From Candidatus Saccharimonadota bacterium (GTDB taxonomy: Bacteria > Patescibacteriota > Saccharimonadia > Saccharimonadales > DTSZ01), in the NCBI GenBank assembly GCA_012965045.1, contig DTSZ01000001.1, positions 220,937-284,936 of the forward strand: a stretch of DNA of 64,000 nucleotides, in the 5' to 3' direction. Positions 46,561-54,888 of this stretch are shown here, piece by piece. Under the pieces are notes generated by a model. It searched no databases, had not been told where the DNA came from, and was given only the letters and a program-made list of their open reading frames with translations. Numbering within the stretch: position 1 is the stretch's first letter; each line of letters starts with the position of its first letter. A program made the translations under genes and the position numbers.

Positions 46561-46838
46561 TATTCTTGTCCTTCATTACTTTCGTTAGTGTTATCTCCGT
46601 TGATAGAGCTCAGCAGGAAATCAATGCCAATTGTAGCTGCCGCCAAAGCTAACGCCTTGCCGTCCTCATTGTTAGCTGCCGCCACAACTGCTCCAGTTGC
46701 GATCAAAATCTGTACAAATCGAGCCGATACGTTTCTAGCAACCGTTCTTTCTTCGTCGCTCCACTGCCTGAATTCGTTGCCAAGTGCTTGGCCGTATCGT
46801 GGAAACTCGTCCGGGTAATCGCTGAAGTTTATGGCCAT
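46560..46838 (-). CDS. hypothetical protein inserted between nusG and rplK
   Basis: 92 aa. 2-nt gap to the nusG stop and 1-nt overlap with the rplK start. Central Ala-rich hydrophobic stretch. Confidence 0.5.
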   Translation of the reverse strand: MAINFSDYPDEFPRYGQALGNEFRQWSDEERTVARNVSARFVQILIATGAVVAAANNEDGKALALAAATIGIDFLLSSINGDNTNESNEGQE

Positions 46839-46840
46839 GA

Positions 46841-47377
46841 CTAGACTTTCTTTACCTGCAAGCCATCTAATTCAACCGGTGTTTCACGGCCGAACATATT
46901 TACGAGTACTTTTATTTTACCTTTAGTTTCGTCCAGCTCGCTAATTGCACCGTCAAAGCCTTTGAAAGGACCGTCGATAATGCTCACAACTTCGCCGACA
47001 CTAAAGTCAATGCGGTGAGTTGGGTCAGAAATCCCCATTCGACGTTGGATTTTTTCCATTTCGTCGTCACTTACAGGGGTTGGGTCGTTCCCAGTTCCGA
47101 CAAACCCAGTTACATTTGGCGTATTACGTACGACATACCAAGCGTCGTCGCTCATTTTCATTTGAACTAAAACGTAGCCTTGGAAGATTCGTTTCTCAAC
47201 AACTCGTCTTTTGCCGTTTTTAATTTCGATCTGTTTTTCTTTAGGGACGATAACATCAAAAATTTTATCGGCCATGTCCAAAGATTCAGTTCGTTGCTTT
47301 ATGCTCTCTGCTACTTTTTCTTCGTAGCCACTGTATGTGTGGATCGCAAACCAAAGCTTTTCATCTTTTTTTGCCAT
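46841..47377 (-). CDS. nusG: transcription termination/antitermination protein NusG
   Basis: NGN domain WFAIHTYSGYEEKV. KOW motif GEVVSIIDGPFKGFDGAISELD. Confidence 0.95.
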   Translation of the reverse strand: MAKKDEKLWFAIHTYSGYEEKVAESIKQRTESLDMADKIFDVIVPKEKQIEIKNGKRRVVEKRIFQGYVLVQMKMSDDAWYVVRNTPNVTGFVGTGNDPTPVSDDEMEKIQRRMGISDPTHRIDFSVGEVVSIIDGPFKGFDGAISELDETKGKIKVLVNMFGRETPVELDGLQVKKV

Positions 47378-47394
47378 GATTATTTCTTTCTTCC

Positions 47395-47586
47395 TTAATT
47401 TAAAATTACTTTGTCAAAAACTTGGTCAAGACCATAGTCGATTACAGTAGTAAACAAGACAAACACTAGAGTAAAAACAACTACTGCTATTGTAAGTTTT
47501 GTACTTTCCTTGCGAGACGGCCACGTGACTTTAGAAAGCTCACGACGGGCACCTTTTAAGTAGTTGATGATCTTTTTCATCTCCAT
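47395..47586 (-). CDS. secE: preprotein translocase subunit SecE
   Basis: 63 aa. ELSKVTWPSRKE followed by a single TM. Directly upstream of nusG. Confidence 0.8.
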   Translation of the reverse strand: MEMKKIINYLKGARRELSKVTWPSRKESTKLTIAVVVFTLVFVLFTTVIDYGLDQVFDKVILN

Positions 47587-47610
47587 CCCCCGATCGTTTG
47601 TGTAAAAATA

Positions 47611-47643
47611 CGATCAAAATAATAAAAGAGCCTAAATTGGCTC
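47611..47643 (-). terminator. weak terminator-like hairpin upstream of secE
   Basis: Minus strand reads GAGCC-AAUUUA-GGCUC followed by UUUUAUUAUUUU. The stem is only 5 bp. Confidence 0.3.
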
Positions 47644-47710
47644 ACTGCGTCAATACTAGCAAACCTAACAACTGTGGTCAATCTGTAATGATTCCTGTAG
47701 CATAAGGACT

Positions 47711-49096
47711 ATGCTGAACCTGGTTTTGCTGGTTGTTGTGAACATTATATTTGTGCTGTTTTATCTTAGCCGACAACGACTTTTGCTATTGTCCATACCT
47801 ATCATTTTTGCTGTAGTGATTGCGACAAATATTTCTTGGGTACTTCTACCGTTAGCGCTTATTATTTACTATAGTGTTCTGGCCGCTAATGCCTACTATC
47901 GACTGGGTAGTCCCCAATACGGTATGCAGTGGTTTGAGCAGCAGATACTTCTTGGTTTTGTGCTATATATTTCGTATTTTGATTTTAAAACCCAAACGCT
48001 ACCGATTTTGACTATTACCTCAGTGCTGTTGTCGATTTATTGTGTGGTTAAAATTGGGTTAAGCCGGCACGTTAACCGCTTTAAACAGACGTATTCCGAA
48101 AGTTCATTGCCTAATCCCACCGTAAGTTTGGCTATTCCTGCACGGAACGAAGGCCAAAGCCTGACCAATACACTAAAAAGTGCTGTTACCTCTACCTACG
48201 AAAAACTTGAAGTGTTGGTACTTGACGACTGCTCGCACGACCGCACCCCAGAGATAATACGAGCATATGCAAATGACGGAGTACGATTTATTGAAGGACA
48301 GCCATTGCAAGAGGACTGGCTAGGGCGAAACTTTGCCTTGCATCAACTGTCCGTGGCTGCCAACGGGGAAATTTTTATTTTTGCAGACGTAGATGTGCAC
48401 TTTTCTGAAGAAACCATATCGAACATTGTAGCTACCATGCAAAATAACAATGTTGATCTGGTGAGCGTACACCCCGGTTTTAGAAACACGTGGCAGTTAA
48501 GTAGCTTATTTAACACGCTACGTACGTACTGGAAGTCGCTATTATTTGCTACACCGATTCATGGTCAGTGTATTGCAGTCAAAAAAGATGCCCTTTTAGA
48601 CGTCGGTGGCTTTGAGTCATTTAAGGACTCATTTTATTTTGAAGTTAAATTACTAGAGTCCATACAAAACTCATTAACGATAACTAATGGTAATCGTATT
48701 GGGCTTTCTGTCTATAAGTCGTTCAAGGCTCGAGTAGAAAAAGATATGCGTGGTCTTTTTCCGTTTTTAAACAAAAACTACACCGCTGCCTGCCTATTTA
48801 GTTGTGGTGCTCTACTTGCAGTCGGCTTGCCTATGGTGTTCCTGTTAAGCGACGCGTGGTTGCTTGCGACATTAGTATTAGCCACATACGGTGCTTCGGC
48901 ATTTATTATTCATTTTAGTGAACTCGGATTATTTAGTGGCTTACTGGCAGCCGCCTTGTTTCCGTTTAAGGTAGTTTTTGAAGTTGTTTTGCTGGCAATC
49001 TCGGCAGCGCTTTACAGTAATCAATATGTTTTTTGGAAAGACAGAAACATCTGCCTACCAATGTACGAAGTTACACCAAAGTTGCCAAAGGTTTAG
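47711..49096 (+). CDS. membrane-embedded family 2 glycosyltransferase
   Basis: N- and C-terminal TM bundles flank VSLAIPARNEGQSL...LEVLVLDDCSHDRTPEI...FADVDV (GT2 DxD region). Confidence 0.8.
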   Translation: MLNLVLLVVVNIIFVLFYLSRQRLLLLSIPIIFAVVIATNISWVLLPLALIIYYSVLAANAYYRLGSPQYGMQWFEQQILLGFVLYISYFDFKTQTLPILTITSVLLSIYCVVKIGLSRHVNRFKQTYSESSLPNPTVSLAIPARNEGQSLTNTLKSAVTSTYEKLEVLVLDDCSHDRTPEIIRAYANDGVRFIEGQPLQEDWLGRNFALHQLSVAANGEIFIFADVDVHFSEETISNIVATMQNNNVDLVSVHPGFRNTWQLSSLFNTLRTYWKSLLFATPIHGQCIAVKKDALLDVGGFESFKDSFYFEVKLLESIQNSLTITNGNRIGLSVYKSFKARVEKDMRGLFPFLNKNYTAACLFSCGALLAVGLPMVFLLSDAWLLATLVLATYGASAFIIHFSELGLFSGLLAAALFPFKVVFEVVLLAISAALYSNQYVFWKDRNICLPMYEVTPKLPKV

Positions 49097-50739
49097 TCTT
49101 TAGCTACTGGAACATCAATATAGAAAAACGATCCTTTATCAATTTCTGATTCCGCGCCAATTTTTGCACTAATAAGTGCCGCTAATTTATGGGCAATGTA
49201 GAGCCCAAGCCCGGTACCAGAATGTTCACGTGTTCGAAAGTCTTCGGATCGATAAAATTTTTCAAAGACTTTTTTAAGGTCAGAGCTTGAAATACCTATA
49301 CCGGTGTCACGGATACCAAGTCGAACGTATTTACGGCCTTTTGGAGCCGCCTCAATTGTTACAGTGCCTTTGTCGGTGTATTTAATAGCGTTGGTGATAA
49401 AGTCCTGCAGAATCTCTTTGAGGCGCTCTGTGTTGGTCATAATGTCAGGCGTAGACTTGGCAATTTTAATCTTAAGTTTAAGACCAGCGTCCTTGGCCTG
49501 TGTCTCATAGTTACTATGAAGTTCTTCAATGACCGTTGAGGTGTTTTCTTTTGTTAGCGTGGTATCGAGTCGACCTTGTTCGGCATGTGCTAGCAACGTA
49601 ATATCGTTCACGAGACTCGCTAAAAATACTATGTTTTTATGAGCTTGTTCTAAGAAGTCATTTTTTTGCTTGAGCGTCTTAACACTTGGCAGTAGCGCGG
49701 TTGAAATATTGGCTTCGGTAATAGCTATAGGCGTACGCAGCTCATGGCTGACAATAGAAATAAATTCATCGCGTTGTTCTTCAATGGTTTTTTCTTTTGT
49801 GATGTCCCGAAGCAAAATAATATAGCCGGTTTGACCTTCTTCAGTAACAGAAACCCGCACCGGCGCTAAGTTTACAAATATGTTAAGAGTTTCTTTTAGA
49901 TTGTTTTTGTATAAAACGTCATCGCGCTGAATAATTCTCCCAGTTTTTTGAGCTTCGGCGATTATGTTATAGGCTTTCTTTGTTTCTTTGTCTTTGAGCT
50001 TCAGATATTCTTGAAGATTTTTACCAGTTAGTGTTTCGTTTGTATTGAACAGAATTAGTGCAGCACCGTTGTAGAGCTGAATTTTTCCGTCTTGGTCAGT
50101 TGCAACCACGGCGTCAGCCATACTATTAATAAGCGAAACGATCCTATTGCGCTCTAAACTAGCTTCATTACTGAAATCTACTAACTTCCTGCGCTCTTTT
50201 TGGTCTTGTTTTGAATAGCCAACAATTGTGGCACCCAAGGCTCCCATTACAAAGACTCGCAGTATAAGGTTCGCCAGATCGTCGTAATTAACACTGCTTA
50301 GTTGGTAGAGCGGGGCCAGTGCATAGGCCGTGGTTATTGCAAAAAAACTAGTAATTAAACCAAGCCAACTTAGCCAATAACTACTCATAGCCACTAATAA
50401 AAATCCTATTAGCACTAACGAATTGCCAACTGGAATGTAGAAAATTATCAGCAAAGCAAACAAACTGTAGTTAAACACAGAAGTTGGCAGGCGGTGAGTT
50501 ATAGACCTAAATCGTTCACTAAGTAGAGGCATAAATTCATACAAGAACGCAGCGCCGATAATTGCCCAAAACCAATTTGAATTACTATAAAGCTCGCCAT
50601 TAATAAACAACAAACTTATAATCACGTAGATTGATATTTCAACAACACGTGTTACATAGTCTCTATGAATGTTCTCGTCGTAACTAGAGAACGTATATTC
50701 TTGCGGCATCTTGCTTATGATTTTAGCAGCTATTGGCAA
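49093..50739 (-). CDS. PAS-domain sensor histidine kinase (orphan)
   Basis: N-terminal polytopic membrane domain. PAS-like region (SLINSMADAVVATDQDGKI). H-box SHELRTPIAI. NAIKYT, DTGIGI, GTGLGL. Confidence 0.9.
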   Translation of the reverse strand: MPIAAKIISKMPQEYTFSSYDENIHRDYVTRVVEISIYVIISLLFINGELYSNSNWFWAIIGAAFLYEFMPLLSERFRSITHRLPTSVFNYSLFALLIIFYIPVGNSLVLIGFLLVAMSSYWLSWLGLITSFFAITTAYALAPLYQLSSVNYDDLANLILRVFVMGALGATIVGYSKQDQKERRKLVDFSNEASLERNRIVSLINSMADAVVATDQDGKIQLYNGAALILFNTNETLTGKNLQEYLKLKDKETKKAYNIIAEAQKTGRIIQRDDVLYKNNLKETLNIFVNLAPVRVSVTEEGQTGYIILLRDITKEKTIEEQRDEFISIVSHELRTPIAITEANISTALLPSVKTLKQKNDFLEQAHKNIVFLASLVNDITLLAHAEQGRLDTTLTKENTSTVIEELHSNYETQAKDAGLKLKIKIAKSTPDIMTNTERLKEILQDFITNAIKYTDKGTVTIEAAPKGRKYVRLGIRDTGIGISSSDLKKVFEKFYRSEDFRTREHSGTGLGLYIAHKLAALISAKIGAESEIDKGSFFYIDVPVAKD

Positions 50740-50917
50740 GTTTTATAACGAAGAACTTATTTTCACTTATGAATATGGCTTCTCTTATTGGATTGAAAAG
50801 AACTTTCATGAGGTTGTAAAACAAAGCTTTAGAAAATAGTATATTGTTCAATACGTACACAAGCTTACTTGGATTTATGAAGTTTAATCAGCGAATAATG
50901 TATACCTAATTGTATCT

Positions 50918-51427
50918 TTATACAACAAGCGAGCGAGCTGTTCTTAGCAGGAAAATATCCCTAGAAACATAAAAACCCACCAAGGCCAAATTGCTGGAAA
51001 CACTACGTAATAGTGTAAATATTAAAGCAGGCAATATAATCACATATAAAATGTAAACATATTTATTTGTTGTAGCTGTACTTTTCGATACTCGGTACAT
51101 CATCTCGAAGACAGATGCAGCAAGTAAAAAGCAAAAGCCTCCGATTGGCAAAGCGATCTCTACATGAGCCGCTTCACTGCTGAAAATATGTAAGACTGCA
51201 AAAATGCCGAGCGATAATGAAGAGTAAAATAGGATTTTTGCAGTAAAACTACCCTGATTTGAGACAGTTCTACTATTAGTTGTAGTGCTAGACAAGGCAA
51301 GCCACAGCTCAAAGAGAGAAGTTAATATAATTATCAGTATGCTAAAAAATAATACAATGTCTTTGTCGGCAAAATAAACGCAAACAACTCCGAGGAATTG
51401 CAGTATATATAGTTTAAGGTATTTCAT
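50918..51427 (-). CDS. hypothetical membrane protein
   Basis: Start trimmed to the ATG at 51427 (MKYLKLYILQF...), because the track start at 51490 runs into tRNA-Trp. About 5 hydrophobic helices. Confidence 0.5.
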   Translation of the reverse strand: MKYLKLYILQFLGVVCVYFADKDIVLFFSILIIILTSLFELWLALSSTTTNSRTVSNQGSFTAKILFYSSLSLGIFAVLHIFSSEAAHVEIALPIGGFCFLLAASVFEMMYRVSKSTATTNKYVYILYVIILPALIFTLLRSVSSNLALVGFYVSRDIFLLRTARSLVV

Positions 51428-51440
51428 AATACTTACAGTA

Positions 51441-51516
51441 TGGCAGGGGTACCAGGACTTGAACCCGGCCTTTGGGTTTTGGAGACCCACGTGCTAGCCA
51501 CTGACACTATACCCCT
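51441..51516 (-). tRNA. tRNA-Trp (anticodon CCA), CCA end encoded
   Basis: Reverse complement AGGGGTA...TGGGT-CTCCAAA-ACCCA...TTCAAGT...TACCCCT-G-CCA folds as a cloverleaf. 76 nt. Confidence 0.9.
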
Positions 51517-51616
51517 ATTAGGCTAGTAGTTAGTATCTGGTATTTGGTAATTAGTATCAAGTAAAAATAGGCGCTCCTAGCGAAACACCTACTACTAACT
51601 GCAGAATACGAGCTTT

Positions 51617-51805
51617 TTAGACTTCGTTTCGTCCTAGATTCTTCTTTGTTTCTTTGTACAGCACGTGCTTACGAGCTACTGGATCGTATTTCTTAAGCTC
51701 AATAGGCTCTTGTGTGTTCTGAGTGTTACGTTTTGTAACATAGGTACGATGCCCCGTCTCGGTGCTAACAAGTCCAAATAGTTTTCGTTTACCTTTTTTT
51801 GCCAT
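51617..51805 (-). CDS. rpmG: 50S ribosomal protein L33
   Basis: 62 aa. [11 protein letters not shown]...[17 protein letters not shown] pattern. Confidence 0.9.
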   Translation of the reverse strand: MAKKGKRKLFGLVSTETGHRTYVTKRNTQNTQEPIELKKYDPVARKHVLYKETKKNLGRNEV

Positions 51806-51909
51806 TATATTCCTCTTTCGGTGTGTAACTTTAACAGATTAGGTTCACTTAATCAATCATTCTAGGCTTGCTTTGTATAAAACTAATTGATTGTCATGAT
51901 GGATTAGAG

Positions 51910-52200
51910 TCATAGTTCTCTTTCTAACCTGCGGTAATAAGCGCGATCATAATAGATGTTTGCAATTTGTAGACAAAAACAACCAATATATATCGGAAGC
52001 ATTATGGTCCCCACATTTGGATTTAATAATAGATCGAGGATAATATACATAAATCCGAAAAAGACGATGTGAGCTTCTATAGATTTATACTTTGCAATGC
52101 GCGTTCGTAAAGCTAAGTCTGACTGCTGTGTTAATTCTACTATCGCTTGGACGATTAGCATTGGAGTAATAATTAAAAAACGTAATATTTTCATGTTCAA
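51910..52200 (-). CDS. hypothetical membrane protein
   Basis: 96 aa, 3 hydrophobic segments, AT-rich. Confidence 0.4.
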   Translation of the reverse strand: MNMKILRFLIITPMLIVQAIVELTQQSDLALRTRIAKYKSIEAHIVFFGFMYIILDLLLNPNVGTIMLPIYIGCFCLQIANIYYDRAYYRRLEREL

Positions 52201-52205
52201 TCTTA

Positions 52206-52280
52206 TGGAGCCGCGACCGGGATTTGAACCCGGGGCCCCTTCCTTACCATGGAAGTGCTCTACCCCTGAGCTATCGCGGC
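52206..52280 (-). tRNA. tRNA-Thr (anticodon GGT), CCA end encoded
   Basis: Reverse complement GCCGCGA TAGCTCAGGGGTAGAGC ACTTCC-ATGGTAA-GGAAG ... GGTTCAAATCC ... TCGCGGC-T-CCA. Confidence 0.9.
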
Positions 52281-52308
52281 ATGTTTATTGATTATAGATT
52301 AATAAATT

Positions 52309-52327
52309 AAAAAAGCCCACATGGGCT
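52309..52327 (-). terminator. short terminator-like hairpin between tRNA-Tyr and tRNA-Thr(GGT)
   Basis: Minus strand reads (A)GCCC-AUGU-GGGC(U) followed by UUUUUU. Confidence 0.45.
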
Positions 52328-52330
52328 GCA

Positions 52331-52417
52331 TGGTGCTGGGAGCAGGATTCGAACCTGCGAAGGCACTAGGCCGACAGATTTACAGTCTGTTGCGTTTGAC
52401 CGCTTCGCTATCCCAGC
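52331..52417 (-). tRNA. tRNA-Tyr (anticodon GTA), long variable arm, CCA end encoded
   Basis: Reverse complement GCTGGGA TAGCGAAGCGGTCAAACGC A ACAGA-CTGTAAA-TCTGT CGGCCTAGTGCCTTCG CAGGTTCGAATCCTG TCCCAGC-A-CCA. 87 nt. Confidence 0.9.
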
Positions 52418-52418
52418 A

Positions 52419-52495
52419 TGGAGCCGCCTGTCGGATTCGAACCGACGACCCACGGTTTACAAAACCGTTGCTCTGACCAACTGAGCTAAGGCGGC
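52419..52495 (-). tRNA. tRNA-Thr (anticodon TGT), CCA end encoded
   Basis: Reverse complement GCCGCCT TAGCTCAGTTGGTCAGAGC A ACGGT-TTTGTAA-ACCGT ... GGTTCGAATCC ... AGGCGGC-T-CCA. Confidence 0.9.
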
Positions 52496-52544
52496 AAAAA
52501 ATACTTAAAACATCGTAGCAAAGGCTACAGAAAACTCCAAGTAA

Positions 52545-53192
52545 TTACTGGACTTTTTTTGCCCGTTGTACGGTGTTTTTTCGGCCTTTGGGAACTATTA
52601 GTTTTTTTAGTTTGTCTTCTACTATCTTTACAGACTCATCATCACCCACTGCTTTATAAGCATCAATTAGTATTTTATAGGTTTGAGGATTCGGTTCTAA
52701 CTCGGCAGCTTTTATAAGCTGTTCGATCACAAGCTTACCTTTTTCTTGTTTTTGGTACACCTTTGCCAAGGCGATATGGCGAGCTGCCATAGGTTCTAGC
52801 TCAATAGCTCGTTTAAATGCATTTATTGATTTATCATACTTCTCAATTTCGTAAAAAATTAAACCCAAATTGTGTAAGCTTGATGCTTTTGGCTCTAGGC
52901 TCGAAGCAATTTCAAAACACTCTACAGCGTCGTCATAGTTATGCTGACGTGCATACAAAATGCCCAGCCGGTTATAAGCCGGTGCATTTTTGTGATCAAT
53001 CTTTAAAATAGTAAGTAAAGCTTTTTCTGCCGGCACAAATTTTCGGCTATTCATTGCTTTTTGCGCAACTGACCATAGCCGCTCTAAGCGTTGCTTAGTC
53101 TTTTTTTCTTCAGTTTTAGTTGGTAGATTGACATTTTTTGTGGCAATTAGGGCAATGGTGCCTGCACCAAAAACGATCGCAAGTTCAAACAT
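52545..53192 (-). CDS. TPR-repeat protein with an N-terminal membrane anchor
   Basis: Repeated A..A...Y..A....P pattern (e.g. AYNRLGILYARQHNYDDAVECFEIASSLEP, LHNLGLIFYEIEKYDKSINAFKRAIELEP). Confidence 0.75.
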   Translation of the reverse strand: MFELAIVFGAGTIALIATKNVNLPTKTEEKKTKQRLERLWSVAQKAMNSRKFVPAEKALLTILKIDHKNAPAYNRLGILYARQHNYDDAVECFEIASSLEPKASSLHNLGLIFYEIEKYDKSINAFKRAIELEPMAARHIALAKVYQKQEKGKLVIEQLIKAAELEPNPQTYKILIDAYKAVGDDESVKIVEDKLKKLIVPKGRKNTVQRAKKVQ

Positions 53193-53194
53193 TG

Positions 53195-54052
53195 CTACAA
53201 GTTTATCACGAGTTTAGACAATATTAACTTCGTATTAACATGTTTTTTATGATTATTTTGTAAATCCAAAAGCAACTCTACTCGTTGCTTCCATTGTTTA
53301 ATCTTTTCCTTTGGCTGGTCAGACCTTATTGCGTGCTGTAATGCCGAACGCACTACTGTCATTAGTCCATTTAGTGTATTGGCTAAGCCTGCAGAGTCTT
53401 TTGCGAGGGGTTTAATTAATTCCAGCCGCTGTGATTGGCTAGATCTAAGTAGTTTTTTAGCAAGTTCGATAGAATCATCGCCTTGGTCTTCACGGAGCGA
53501 TTCATAGGCTAGTCTGGGCTTACAGGACGTTTCATAATATAGCTTGGTAGCTTGTGGACGCTCAACACCAAGTTCACGTATAAGCCACTCTTCGAACTGG
53601 TCTTTCGAGGCTGTATAAAAATCGATTATCTGCGAACGCGAGCGTACTGTAGGCAGTAGACGATTTACATTCTGAGCCAGCAACATAGTATGCGTATTTG
53701 GTGGTGATTCTTCGAGCGTCTTTAAAAATGCATTCTGAGCTTCGGTGGTCATTTTCTCGGCTTCATTGATAATAATGTAGCGCTTTTTATTGCTGCTTAA
53801 TTTAATAATTTTCTCAAGGTCTTTAATTTCACCTATACCAATACTTGGGTCGTCGGTGTCGACTAGTAACAGTCTTTCGAAATTCAATGATTCAATTTGT
53901 TGAGCTGACTCGTTCTCAAGAAATTTAATTACTTCAAGCGCTGCGTAACGTTTACCCAGCCCGTCACTACCGGCAAAAATCACCACTTGGGGCAGATTGC
54001 TTTGGATACTTGCTAAATTACTACGTGTTTTTGGATGAATAAAAATACTCAT
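53195..54052 (-). CDS. holB: DNA polymerase III delta' subunit
   Basis: FAGSDGLGKRYAALE and IIINEAEKMTTEAQNAFLKTLEESP...RLLPTVRSR clamp-loader motifs. Confidence 0.8.
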   Translation of the reverse strand: MSIFIHPKTRSNLASIQSNLPQVVIFAGSDGLGKRYAALEVIKFLENESAQQIESLNFERLLLVDTDDPSIGIGEIKDLEKIIKLSSNKKRYIIINEAEKMTTEAQNAFLKTLEESPPNTHTMLLAQNVNRLLPTVRSRSQIIDFYTASKDQFEEWLIRELGVERPQATKLYYETSCKPRLAYESLREDQGDDSIELAKKLLRSSQSQRLELIKPLAKDSAGLANTLNGLMTVVRSALQHAIRSDQPKEKIKQWKQRVELLLDLQNNHKKHVNTKLILSKLVINL

Positions 54053-54888
54053 ATCGTAAAGCTTTCCGGTATTTTACTTTCAAATGTTCTGTGGTCGCCG
54101 TGGTGGATCGCAATGCTTAGTTTATGCGCGTGCAGCAGAAGCCTATCCGACTCCTTACCGTATAGCCTATCCCCCACTATTGGGGCGTGTAAATGTTTTA
54201 AATGTACCCTCAATTGATGAGTTCGCCCAGTTTTTGGTAATAGACGAACCAAAGTCTTACCATTACGCGTTTGCATCACCCTGACAGTCGTCTGAGCTGG
54301 CTTACCATTTGGGTCAACCACGAACCTGCCCGGATTTTTAATGGACCGGCGAATTGCTGCGTCGATTAAAAAATCGTTGTCTTTAAACACACCTTCGCAT
54401 ACCGCAACATACTCTTTTTGGACGGTTCTATTTTGAAATTGTTTCTGCAAGTACGTTTTAGTGTCGTTGTTCTTCGCCAAAATCATAACCCCAGAGGTGT
54501 CTCTGTCTAGTCGGTGCACTACGCCTGGTCGGTTGGTATCGTCGCTCGGTAGTTTATCCCGAAACACATCTACTACAGTTTGTTCTGTATGTAAGCCGCC
54601 CTTGGAGTGAACAAGTACCCCCGCTGGCTTGTCGATAACCAATACATCCTCGTCCTCATAAATAATAGATATTTCTGGTGCAGATTCTTGTTTTTTTGGA
54701 ATACTAAAGGTTATGACATCGCCAGCTTGTATTTCGTATTTGGCCTTTATAAGCTGCTCATTAACCATTACGTTGCCCGAGTCAATAAGTTTGCGCCAAC
54801 TACTGCGCGACAGCTGTGACTGCTCTGCTGCTAGATAGGCATCTATTCTGAGTGGGGTCTGGTCGTCGCTTACAACTATTTTTGTCAT
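54049..54888 (-). CDS. RluA-family 23S rRNA pseudouridine synthase (RluD-like)
   Basis: N-terminal S4-like domain (RIDAYLA...SRSSWRKLI). Catalytic HRLDRDTSGVM. RTHQLRVH. Confidence 0.9.
   Translation of the reverse strand: MTKIVVSDDQTPLRIDAYLAAEQSQLSRSSWRKLIDSGNVMVNEQLIKAKYEIQAGDVITFSIPKKQESAPEISIIYEDEDVLVIDKPAGVLVHSKGGLHTEQTVVDVFRDKLPSDDTNRPGVVHRLDRDTSGVMILAKNNDTKTYLQKQFQNRTVQKEYVAVCEGVFKDNDFLIDAAIRRSIKNPGRFVVDPNGKPAQTTVRVMQTRNGKTLVRLLPKTGRTHQLRVHLKHLHAPIVGDRLYGKESDRLLLHAHKLSIAIHHGDHRTFESKIPESFTI

Noticed and set aside
51428-51490. The 21-codon N-terminal extension of the 190-aa track ORF, which overlaps tRNA-Trp.
   Set aside because: The extension is encoded by the tRNA-Trp sequence itself. 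An in-frame ATG at 51427 gives a sensible membrane protein that clears the tRNA.
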